DNA from: Synergistales bacterium
GTDB taxonomy: Bacteria; Synergistota; Synergistia; Synergistales; JAFGMB01
Length of the DNA: 64,000 nucleotides
NCBI GenBank assembly: GCA_963666205.1
Contig: OY762654.1
Coordinates: 2,112,001-2,176,000, forward strand
Direction of reading: 5' to 3'
The position numbers and the translations under genes were made by a program. This document shows positions 31,329 through 40,711 of the stretch, piece after piece. The first letter of the stretch is position 1; every line of letters starts with the position of its first letter. The notes beneath the pieces were generated by a model, which worked only from the letters and a program-made list of their open reading frames with translations, ran no database searches and had not been told where the DNA came from.

Positions 31329-31550
31329 ATTCACTTCCTTGATAGATCTATCCTGATGATCCTGATTTATTCATCAAATAGTTTTGTTCGGTGAGTTTCA
31401 CCATACACCATTTACCCGTCCTAATTTCTGGGATGGCCAGTTTATTGAAGTCTGAATAAATTTTTCCGTATCTTGAGTTATCTCCCTTAACGTGACCACA
31501 TTTATTTCAATAGAGTGACTCAGGCGGGAGTTTTTTAGGCATCTGCAGAG

Positions 31551-32401
31551 TTATATTCTGTTTTTACCATCTCTTTCAATTATTGTATCGACCTTTTTAC
31601 CCAGATTTTCCTGAATGATCATTTTGAAAATCTCGATCGATTCATTGGAGCTCATTGCTCTTCCGGCAGCAGAAATAATACAATCACCCGCTTTTAGGCC
31701 GAGTGAGGAAGCTACGCTTCCACTGTAAACTATTAGTAAGTAGAATGGGTTTCCTGGTCGGGGCTGAACTCCAAGTCTGAATTTTGACGGACGGGAGCTT
31801 ATCCCAAGGAAATATGTCAGGTCAACAGGGACGGTTTCCTTAAATGTTGCAGACTGTTGATAGAGGTTTGCGGTCTGCTCGCTTTTTTCGAAAATAGTTT
31901 CCTTGGCCAGATTGCGTAAAGCTATGGAACGTTTCAACAAATAGCGGCATTGGGTGGGAAATCTTTTGCCTGTTGTCCGGTTACAATAGCATTAATAAAA
32001 TACTCGCCAGCGCTCAGTCGCTTGTTTACGGCTGCGATAGCGGTGCTGATAAGGTCTTTGCGGAGGGAGTCTTCCGTTGTAATGTCAGCCATCTTGCTGT
32101 CTGCCTGTTTCAGTTTCATCTGGTAGTTATACACATCCTGGGGAACTCCCTGCAGGTATCCGTTGCCATTTGTATTTGTGTCAGCCCAGTCTAATATCAC
32201 AACGTAATCGTAAAGCATCAGAAGAAGATTACCAAGTGCAGAATCTTCTGGTGCCGAGGTTTGTGAACTTTCAGCTACCTTTTGTGGCAGGGGCTGCATG
32301 GTTGCCCATAAGGGACTGTAAAAATTACAAAGTACAGTGTAACTGTCAAGAGAGCAGTGATAGAAGATTTCAGAGTTCTTGTCATTATTCTTACCATCCA
32401 T
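31551..32401 (-). pseudogene. Frameshifted gene for a PDZ-domain protein
   Basis: Overlapping fragments in different frames; C-terminal FRLGVQ..VYSGSVASSLGLKAGDCII..IERDGK is PDZ-like. Confidence 0.55.
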
Positions 32402-32533
32402 TCACAAACAATTAATTTTCCAAGTTTATTATAAGGCTTCCTGGTTTCAATTTTTAGGTGCAATTTAAATAGATCAGTCGAACCGAACATTAATTTCGCC
32501 CCTTCATTCACTGCATTTCTTACATAGATATCT

Positions 32534-32893
32534 TCATGGAAATTGGGTGAAGTCCCACCACAATTCCGAAGCGTAAAAACCCCTTATTAAAGCTTTTTGT
32601 GCGTTGTGAAGTACCACTATCGCTTTCACAGGAGGTAGTGTGGTTATTTCCCAATAAGACTCGTGAATGTCTTTCCGAAGAGGAGAGGCCAGATGAATAT
32701 GACAATCGATCAATCCGGGCATTCCATAACAATTATTACCTGGGATCACATCGTAATTCCCAGTATCAATTTTCATGCTTTTCTCATCAATAAACGAGAT
32801 AGAGTTATTTGAAATACCTGGATTACCCTTATATGGTTCTTTGTTTATTCTGTCTATGATATTCAGATCAGTAATTACTATTAGTTTGTTCAT
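32534..32893 (-). pseudogene. Truncated amidohydrolase (N-terminal part only)
   Basis: MPGLIDCHIHL metal motif, NAQKALIRGF, then a stop at ~120 aa. Confidence 0.7.
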
Positions 32894-34862
32894 ATCCTTT
32901 CTGCTCTCTTTGCAACTTATCGGAAAAGACATAGATCACTACCAGACCTATGATGGCAGTGCCGGATAAAAGCTTGTTAGGTACCATAAGCATAAGGGAA
33001 AGAAGAAAAAGCAATAATTGCACAAACCTGGAGAGGTTGACCCTGAAATATCCTTGTGTCGCTATTCCCAGGGTAATAACCCCGATCAAGGCTGTCAGAA
33101 AATCAATCGAAATATTCAATGCTTTCCCATAACCTAGCAAAGAGGGATTATAGACAAAGAAATAGGGGAGGAAAAATGCTACAAGGCCAAGTTTGACAGC
33201 ATTAGATCCAACCCTGAAAGGATTAGCCCCTGCTACTCCTGCGGCAGCATAGGTGGCAAGTGCCACAGGTGGAGTTATTGGGGCCAGGGCAGAACAGAAG
33301 AATATAAACATGTGGGCAGCCATTGGAGTAACTCCCATTTTCACCAATCCAGGAGCAACCAGCACCGCAAGAAGGGCATAGGTAGCAGGTGTTACAAGGC
33401 CCATTCCCAAGATAACCGCAGCAAGCTGGGTCAATAGTAACCCCAAGATCAGTTTCCCATTTGATACTGTCACTATTATGGAACTTAACTTGAATCCCAG
33501 ACCGGTAAGGTTTAATACAGCAATTACCACTCCTGCGCTTGCACAGGCTGAAGAAACTACGACAAGTGATTTTGATGCTGATCTTGCACCTTTCACTATC
33601 CTTTCAAAATTCGGCCTGGTTGACTGTTTAAGGGAAGCAAAAACAAATAACGCTATAGTGGAATAAAATGCTGCGTTTATGGCTACATTTCTTCTGATAA
33701 GGAGTAATACCAGCAAAAAGATGGGGATTAGCAAATGGATGTTGCTGATAAATGATTCTCTCAAGGGCGGTAGTTTATCCTTTGGGAAACCAATAAAACC
33801 CTGTTTACAGGATTGAGAGTGGACTGCAGAAAAAAAGCCTGCATAGTATAAAAATGCGGGAATGGCGGCTGCTTTCATTACCTCCAGGTATGGAACTCCC
33901 ATGAATTCAGCCAGAATGAACGCAGTGGCACCCATTATAGGAGGTGTAAAGGTCCCACCTGTAGATGCAACGGCTTCCACTCCTCCAGCCCATTCTTTGG
34001 GATAGCCCATGTTTTTCATCAAGGGGATTGTTATTGAACCTGTGGAAACAACATTTGCTACAGTGCTACCTGAAATCATCCCAAAAAACGCACTTGCGAT
34101 AACTGCCATTTTTGCAGGTCCACCAGTCAGACTTCCTGCTATCGACATTGATAATTTCATGAAACCCCTCAATCCCCCAAGGACTTCGAGGTAACTTGCA
34201 AAGAAAATAAAGCCTGCTACGTATGTTGCAGATATGCCCAGAGTGGATCCGAACAAGCCTTCAGTTCCTACAGCTATTTGACTTAAGATCCTTCCAAAGG
34301 AATATCCTCTATGGGCAATGATATCAGGCAGCCATGGCCCTGTTAATGAATAAAGGACACCCATTACTACGATCAGAACGAGAGCCCAACCCATGGTTCT
34401 TCTTGTAATCTCCAGGGTTATCAATATGATCACCAAACCTGCAACCTGATCTACCAAAGTCATTTCTGAAATATACAGCTGTTTCCAGTGCGTTGCCAAA
34501 TGGGCAAGGGCTGCAAGGGCCAATATGATTATCAGGCTATTGACCAGACTTTCAATAACAGGCAAGTTCTTTTTGTCCTTTTTTGTGCGTGGATAAATTA
34601 TCATTGCCAAGGGTATTATGAAAGCCATGTGTATTGCTCTTTGTACATATGCCGGCATGGGAAACAGTGCTGCAGAATAATAAGTAAATAAAAGAAGCCC
34701 TACTGAAATAACAGAAAATGCAACTTGAACAAATCGATTGTCCGGATCAAACCCTTTTGGCTGGATCTCCTGTATGTTCATAACATCGATCTTTTGTAAT
34801 AATGTGACCAAAGAATGTTCCTGAACTAACTTTTCCACGGGTTCCAATCTCTGTTTTCCCAT
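32868..34862 (-). CDS. TRAP transporter fused 4TM/12TM permease
   Basis: GGPAKMAV, FGMISGS, STGG..PPIMG, ITPPVALA. Confidence 0.92.
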   Translation of the reverse strand: MGKQRLEPVEKLVQEHSLVTLLQKIDVMNIQEIQPKGFDPDNRFVQVAFSVISVGLLLFTYYSAALFPMPAYVQRAIHMAFIIPLAMIIYPRTKKDKKNLPVIESLVNSLIIILALAALAHLATHWKQLYISEMTLVDQVAGLVIILITLEITRRTMGWALVLIVVMGVLYSLTGPWLPDIIAHRGYSFGRILSQIAVGTEGLFGSTLGISATYVAGFIFFASYLEVLGGLRGFMKLSMSIAGSLTGGPAKMAVIASAFFGMISGSTVANVVSTGSITIPLMKNMGYPKEWAGGVEAVASTGGTFTPPIMGATAFILAEFMGVPYLEVMKAAAIPAFLYYAGFFSAVHSQSCKQGFIGFPKDKLPPLRESFISNIHLLIPIFLLVLLLIRRNVAINAAFYSTIALFVFASLKQSTRPNFERIVKGARSASKSLVVVSSACASAGVVIAVLNLTGLGFKLSSIIVTVSNGKLILGLLLTQLAAVILGMGLVTPATYALLAVLVAPGLVKMGVTPMAAHMFIFFCSALAPITPPVALATYAAAGVAGANPFRVGSNAVKLGLVAFFLPYFFVYNPSLLGYGKALNISIDFLTALIGVITLGIATQGYFRVNLSRFVQLLLFLLSLMLMVPNKLLSGTAIIGLVVIYVFSDKLQREQKGYEQTNSNY

Positions 34863-35002
34863 ACAGCCCCTCCTGAAATATCCTTATCAAAAAAGAAGAA
34901 ACTCATGATAGCCTTTAAGGTTCAAATCAGAGAAGGAACTCTCTCTCGTAAATTCGTAAGGGGAAAAGGAAGAGAGTTCCTGGGAGGGTATTGATATTAT
35001 GG

Positions 35003-35980
35003 TTATTCGATCAATCCAGCTTCCCTGTAGAATTTTTCTGCTCCAGGATGGAATTTTACAGGCATCCCTTTAACTGCACTTTCAGGGGTGATTACCGCAA
35101 AGGTACTACTTATGTCCTGTAGAGATTTGATATTTTCCATTAGAGTTCTGGTGAATTTGTACATGGTTTCTTCAGAAAGGTTTTTACTGCAGATAACGAT
35201 GTGATTCACTGCAAGAATTTTTGATTTTTCCGGCATATCAAGTTTTTCAAAATCTGAATGAGGCATAGTTTTCACAACGAGATAAGGCAAGGTATCTTCC
35301 ACTTTGCTGTAGCCTTCGTCAGAAATCTCAACAAGTTTGAGTGACTTGGTGGCCAATAATTCCGTCAGACTTGGTAACTTGGGTTTTGCCACATAGGCAA
35401 ATGCGTCAATCTGATTCTGTCTGATCAGATCCATTGCCCCAGACAAACCTGAATATTCAGCTTTGAAATCATCCCACTTTAGCCCGAGAAGGGAAAAGAC
35501 TTCCTTATTAAGAGCTTCATCGCCATCTCCGGGATTTCCAATGGCAATTCTTTTCCCTTTAAGATCTTCAAAAGTATTGATGCCGCTGTCAGCTCTCGCG
35601 AGGAGATACCAATAACCAAAATGTGCAGAGAACCAGCCGTTTACTCCCTGTAGCTTTTCTTTAAAGGGAGGGAGTCCTCTGGTTCCCAAATAAGTAATAT
35701 TGGCCATTGTAAGACCCAATTCTCTTTCCTGATTTGCTATAGTCTCGATATTTTCCATGCTTCCCCGAGGGCTTGGTACTGGGGTGATATTATAGTCTGC
35801 TAATTTCCCATTAAGGATCTGAGACACTCCAGAAGCAAGCATCATCCAACCTCCAGTGGGCGAGGCTGTACCAAAAGTGATCTGTTCTTTAGCTAAACTA
35901 ACTGAAGGAACCAATACTACAGTGAATATCAGAGCTGACGTAAGAAAACCTAAAACAGAGTGCGACTTCACCATTGACAT
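35003..35980 (-). CDS. TAXI-family TRAP solute-binding protein
   Basis: FGTASPTGGW, GSMENI, DLKGKRIAIG, FHPGAEKFY. Confidence 0.9.
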   Translation of the reverse strand: MSMVKSHSVLGFLTSALIFTVVLVPSVSLAKEQITFGTASPTGGWMMLASGVSQILNGKLADYNITPVPSPRGSMENIETIANQERELGLTMANITYLGTRGLPPFKEKLQGVNGWFSAHFGYWYLLARADSGINTFEDLKGKRIAIGNPGDGDEALNKEVFSLLGLKWDDFKAEYSGLSGAMDLIRQNQIDAFAYVAKPKLPSLTELLATKSLKLVEISDEGYSKVEDTLPYLVVKTMPHSDFEKLDMPEKSKILAVNHIVICSKNLSEETMYKFTRTLMENIKSLQDISSTFAVITPESAVKGMPVKFHPGAEKFYREAGLIE

Positions 35981-36110
35981 CTTTCTCTCTCCTTAAATTA
36001 GCTTCCATAATTTTCAGTTCTCGTTTCTCAAATGCCTTCTGAACCAGCAGCAAAAAAGAGTAAATCAGGGGCAAATCTTAAACGGTCAAAACTAGGGTCA
36101 ACTATTGAAA

Positions 36111-36333
36111 CTTGGATTCAACTTATAAGTGCAACGGGTTTAGGAGTGGATAAAAAGGCTAGCTATTGTAATGTCAAGGTTATCCGACCCTAAGCGCCTG
36201 AAAGCAGCACTTATGAGACATTACAGGCAGCTAACCCTTGAACAAAGATACCATCTTTATGCACTTTGTAAAATATATATAAGCCAGAAAAAAAGGCGCA
36301 GGAGATAGGAGTTCATCCATCTAGCATAAGAGA
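36111..36333 (+). mobile_element. IS30-family 5' remnant (left IR + frameshifted transposase start)
   Basis: CTTGGATTCAACTTATAAGTGCAAC end; ATG 36213 MRHYRQLTLEQRYHLYAL.. then shifted AQEIGVHPSSIRE (IS30-type HTH). Confidence 0.7.
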
Positions 36334-36389
36334 AAATGGGGTCAAGCCTTGCCCGAACGGTTTTGTAGTGCAAATACATTGAAATCAGA
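36333..36389 (+). repeat. GGGGTCA junction site, subtype 1
   Basis: AAAATGGGGTCAAGCCTTGCCCGAACGGTTTTGTAGTGCAAATACATTGAAATCAGA. Confidence 0.9.
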
Positions 36390-36748
36390 CCTGGTGGGAT
36401 CAGGTTACAGGATCTTGTTAAAGATCTCCGTTCAGTTATGTGGGAACACGCTTCAATAACGAGAAGTGAAGGATCACTGAGGTGTGTCAAAAATGAACTG
36501 GAACGAATAGCAAGGCACAAGGATCTGGCGAGAGTTGAGAATGTCAGAGATATCCTTTGCTTTCATCAACTGGAATCAATGATCTCGGAGGCTCGCATGT
36601 TGATCGAGGTGAGCGAAAAATGCAAGGGAAGAAGGGGTGTTTTTTCAGGACCGATTACCCAGTAAAGAACGAAAGGTTCAGGGGGAACTTTTTTGAAAAA
36701 AAGAATGCCATTGGAGATATGGAGTGTTCCTTCAGAAAGGCTGAATAA
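36380..36748 (+). pseudogene. 3' fragment paralogous to the flavoprotein gene 12179..13816
   Basis: DLRSVMWEHASITRSEGSL..DILCFHQLESMI..(frameshift)..FFRTDYP..MECSFRKAE matches ~13444-13816. Confidence 0.85.
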
Positions 36749-36940
36749 GGAACTCTGGACCTGTGCTTTCCAATCATTATGGCGGCCAGGGTCTGGAGGG
36801 GCAGAGACACCAGGTAGCGGATGGCAGTGAGGGGGGGGCGACAGAGGTCCGAGGTGGTTACTCTGAATTGACGATGATTGATCAATTCTGCTAACATGAA
36901 TTTTATAACGTTGCCATAACATCGAAGGGAGACGATCATT

Positions 36941-37888
36941 TTGACAGAACAGAAAAAGGCTGTGTACTTCTTCTGTACCGCCCCTATGGACCATGTGGGG
37001 GGCAATGTCCTGTCTGCCGTTTCAGAAAATCATGCCATGGAAGAGACAGATATCGTTGTGGACGGAGACAAAGTTTTAAAATATATAGATGATAAGGGGA
37101 ACAGCTTCTTTTTTGTTTCCACCCGAAAGCCTGTCAGCCACGACTACGTCCACTACCTTCCCATCATGAACCGTCACTTTTCAGACTTCGATGTGGCCGG
37201 TATCGTTACATGGCATGAGGGTCAGAATGCCCCTGAAGCCATCCTTACCGTACATACCACCGGAGATGTGGACTCGGGCAACTTCGGTCCGGCATCACCT
37301 GAGTATATGAGAAATATACTTCTTTCAATGGAAAGGAACAGGATAGAAGCTGGGCTGGATGATTATAGTGTCACCACGGAAGCAACTCACTGGTCCGGGA
37401 TGGTCTATGAGGGTGGCAGTCCGGAGATGATACCCCAGTATCCTGTAACCATGCTCGACATTGAGATAGGGAGTTCCCCCCCTTACTGGTCCAATAAAAG
37501 GGCTGCAGGGGTACTTGCTCGATCCCTGACCTCTGTTTTCGAGAGTGACGGGCTAAGGGTAAGGAATCTGCTGTGTGCTGGAGGTGTTCATTTTGAAACA
37601 GGTTTTGCAAGTGCAGTCTTCACCAAATGGGAGAATTCAGCTTTCGGCATTTCTCACATCCTCGCCAATCAGTGGCTTGTCTCCGGCGGTTATGACAGGG
37701 AGGATGGGATATCGAGATTGAGGGCCTGTGTAAGCAGCATCCATGGAGGTATCGAAGGGATTGCATTTCACGACAACCTTAAGGGAGTCTATAAGGATCA
37801 GCTCCGTGCTTTGGCTGAAGAACTGGGAATCCCCGTTTTCAAACACAAGAAACTGCGGAAACCGGAAACGATCCAGTGGAGTGACTAA
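36941..37888 (+). CDS. Archaeal/plant-type D-aminoacyl-tRNA deacylase (DTD2/GEK1)-like protein
   Basis: LTVHTTG, TEATHW, IEIGS..W, GGVHF, SHILA motifs. Confidence 0.7.
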   Translation: MTEQKKAVYFFCTAPMDHVGGNVLSAVSENHAMEETDIVVDGDKVLKYIDDKGNSFFFVSTRKPVSHDYVHYLPIMNRHFSDFDVAGIVTWHEGQNAPEAILTVHTTGDVDSGNFGPASPEYMRNILLSMERNRIEAGLDDYSVTTEATHWSGMVYEGGSPEMIPQYPVTMLDIEIGSSPPYWSNKRAAGVLARSLTSVFESDGLRVRNLLCAGGVHFETGFASAVFTKWENSAFGISHILANQWLVSGGYDREDGISRLRACVSSIHGGIEGIAFHDNLKGVYKDQLRALAEELGIPVFKHKKLRKPETIQWSD

Positions 37889-37920
37889 GGATGCTGATCA
37901 ATAACATTAGTTGAAAAACC

Positions 37921-37951
37921 AAGGCTCTCCCTAGTATACGGGGAGAGCCTT
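37921..37951. terminator. Bidirectional terminator between convergent genes
   Basis: AAGGCTCTCCC / GGGAGAGCCTT. Confidence 0.7.
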
Positions 37952-37981
37952 GGTATATTCTACGGGTTGGTGTTCGGAAGG

Positions 37982-38812
37982 TTATCTAATCTCGAACTCA
38001 ATAGTGCCGAGCTTGCCGAAATCGGCCTTATACTGTCCGGGTTTACCGGGGATCATGTTTCCCAGGGCACCGGTCATGAGGACGTCACCTGGTTTTATTG
38101 TCCAACCCTTTTCAACCATTGTATTGACGAGCCAAAGAGCGGCTTTCCATTGGGATCCCATGGCATCTGAACCTTTCCCTTCGTTGACGGTTTCTCCGTT
38201 TCGGGTGAGGACAACGCTAACTGAGTCGAGATCCATGGATCTGTTCTTTTTGTCTCCCACTATGAATTGAGTGGCTGAAACGTTGCCTGCTATGAGATCA
38301 ATTCCCTTGAGGGCTTTAAGATCCGCGAAGTTGAGATCGGGGAGCTCGATGGAGGGTAGCACTGCACCGATATGTCTTTTCAGTTCGGCCACTGAAGACA
38401 TTCTACGGTTGATGGTCTTTGTTATGAAGAAGGCTATCTCTGTCTCTATCATGGGCATGGCAAATGCTTCTGAAAGGATAAGAGGTGAGCCTGATTTTTT
38501 GCCGGAAAGGTAAAGTACTCCTGCTACGGATTCATTTACCCCGAACTTCTTCTGGGCTCCGGGAGTGGTGAGTCCGGCTTTGTAGCCTGCAATGGAATCG
38601 CCCTCCAGTCGCCTGTTCACATACTGTTTCTGTATTTCGTAGGCCTGAGAGGCGGTCATTGTAGAATCTGTTTTCGAAAGAACAGGGATAAGTTCGTTGT
38701 TCATGTGAGCATCTACGAGCATTTGAGCCATATCTTCGGTGGAAGACCATGCAGTGACCGAGAGCAGTAACATGAGTATAAAGGCAATTATAGAAATATA
38801 TCTTTTTTTCAT
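37982..38812 (-). CDS. 2-keto-4-pentenoate hydratase / FAH-family protein with signal peptide
   Basis: AYEIQ, GYKAGLT, IETEIAF, PGDVLMTG. Confidence 0.8.
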   Translation of the reverse strand: MKKRYISIIAFILMLLLSVTAWSSTEDMAQMLVDAHMNNELIPVLSKTDSTMTASQAYEIQKQYVNRRLEGDSIAGYKAGLTTPGAQKKFGVNESVAGVLYLSGKKSGSPLILSEAFAMPMIETEIAFFITKTINRRMSSVAELKRHIGAVLPSIELPDLNFADLKALKGIDLIAGNVSATQFIVGDKKNRSMDLDSVSVVLTRNGETVNEGKGSDAMGSQWKAALWLVNTMVEKGWTIKPGDVLMTGALGNMIPGKPGQYKADFGKLGTIEFEIR

Positions 38813-39036
38813 ATTTTCGACCTCCTTAAAATTATCTTTAAGTATTGATTTATTTTAATATAGTATCACTACAAAGAATCGGGAACCAGTCTACCTTGAT
38901 CTTGTATTACCTGGAACAGGTCTTTCAGGAATGGTTTCGTGCTAAAAAAATACCTGCAAAATCAGGTATCTCATTATGCAAAAGCTTGAAACACCCAATA
39001 CAAGTCATTATTGACCCTGATGGATATTTGCATCTG

Positions 39037-39516
39037 TCAAAGGATCGGATGTACATTCTGTGCAGGATCGACCAATTTTATCAATTCAGGATAGCTCGCT
39101 ATTATCCGTTTACCCACCTCTTCACCCGGATCCATCAGTTTAAAATCCGGGTACTCAAAACCTGGAGCTACTGAACACCCCACAAGCACCCTCCCGCCTA
39201 TAGGCACTGCTGCCTGCCATAATCCTGCCTTGATCACATGGCAATATTCTTTTTTTGAGGGAGACAGTTCAACCCTATCCATCTCTTCTTTAACGTCATC
39301 CCAAAGGTAGAGGATCAGACCCTTACCTTCATAAAAATTCCACACTTCATCGCTCTCCACCTTGTGGAATCTGCTTACTTCTTCTTTCCCAAGAGAAAAA
39401 TAAATATGTGTCAGTGCTTGCCGTTCTCTTGTGCCTTCAATCACTTTTGTCTCGGAGCGATAAACCTGTTTGAATCTGCCCCCTTCGGGGTGTTCCTGCA
39501 ATTCATTATCCTTCAT
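39037..39516 (-). CDS. Cupin DUF985-family protein
   Basis: HPEGG.F, SRFHKVESDEVW, WQAA, VGCSVAPGFE. Confidence 0.88.
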   Translation of the reverse strand: MKDNELQEHPEGGRFKQVYRSETKVIEGTRERQALTHIYFSLGKEEVSRFHKVESDEVWNFYEGKGLILYLWDDVKEEMDRVELSPSKKEYCHVIKAGLWQAAVPIGGRVLVGCSVAPGFEYPDFKLMDPGEEVGKRIIASYPELIKLVDPAQNVHPIL

Positions 39517-39784
39517 CTGTTGTCATCCCGATCCATAATTTATATTGTGTATATGACTCGAATACATCAGATGAGAATAATCAAACCAGGGCTGGAAAGT
39601 CAAGTCATTACAACAGTTGAGATCTGCCTCCATTTTATCTTCGGATGAAATTGCTTTTCCTGATAGCCCCGGGAGCTTTAAAAGGTATAAGATGGAGTTT
39701 GGATTAGTAGCTTATATTCTCTGGTTTGAGTGTATACCACTCTATGTTACTCCTGAAAAAATCTGATATGGAGAAGAAATCTGA

Positions 39785-40552
39785 ATGAAAAAATATGGAG
39801 AAAATGAAAAAATCGGATTGGCTCTCGGGGGCGGTGCTGTTCTTGGTGCCGCTCATATAGGGGTGTTAAAAGCACTCGAAGAGTCTGATATCCCTGTAAG
39901 TTATGTCGCAGGGACGAGTATTGGAGCTTTGATCTCAGCCTTTCTGGCCTTTGGCAAGGGGTGGGAAGAAATTACAGAGGTATTGAAAGACCTGAACTGG
40001 CTGGATATTTCGGGGATCTCCCTTTCGCAATTTGGATTGCTCTCGAACAAGAAACTGGGCAGAATCATAATAGAAAATATGGGAGATGTAAGCTTTGATG
40101 AAGCCCTTATTCCCCTTGCTATGGTGGCGACGGATATCTCGACTGGAGAAAAAGTTGTCTTGAAAAAGGGAAGTGTTGCTACTGCTGTGATGGCGAGTAC
40201 ATGCATTCCAGGTATCTTCGTGCCTGTTGAGGTAAACGGAAAAATCCTTGTTGACGGTGGTATTGTGGAAAATGTTCCGGTAACTACACTGAAGGATATG
40301 GGTGCCGATCTGATCATCGGTGTTGATCTGAATTCTAAACATACCTTTAAAAAACCCCGCAATATAGTTGAAGTATTATTAAGATCCTTTGATTTCACAT
40401 TGAAGACAGCGACGAAGCTCCAGACAGAACAGGCAGATATTCTCGTAGAACCTGATCTTTCATCTTTTAATATGGTTGACGTCGATCAGATGGATGATCT
40501 GATCGAAAAGGGCTACCAGGAGGCAAATCTCGTATTCCATCAGATAAGATGA
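39785..40552 (+). CDS. Patatin-like phospholipase
   Basis: GGGAVLG, GTSIG, VDGG. Confidence 0.9.
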   Translation: MKKYGENEKIGLALGGGAVLGAAHIGVLKALEESDIPVSYVAGTSIGALISAFLAFGKGWEEITEVLKDLNWLDISGISLSQFGLLSNKKLGRIIIENMGDVSFDEALIPLAMVATDISTGEKVVLKKGSVATAVMASTCIPGIFVPVEVNGKILVDGGIVENVPVTTLKDMGADLIIGVDLNSKHTFKKPRNIVEVLLRSFDFTLKTATKLQTEQADILVEPDLSSFNMVDVDQMDDLIEKGYQEANLVFHQIR

Positions 40553-40711
40553 AGCAAAAAATGATCACGTTTTGCGTGAGCCTTTCTGTAGTTCCAGATT
40601 GAGTTTTCTGCTTCTGATTTTGTATAAAAACCCCTGGATACATCGTATATAATTAACAGGTCTGCAGATTCATTAAATTAAGATGATAATTTCCGGAGGA
40701 GGGATCAGGTT

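Noticed and set aside
7443-36389. CRISPR array or classical integron interpretation of the repeats
   Set aside because: Spacing is mostly kilobases and irregular, there are no cas or intI genes, and no RYYYAAC..GTTRRRY attC boxes.
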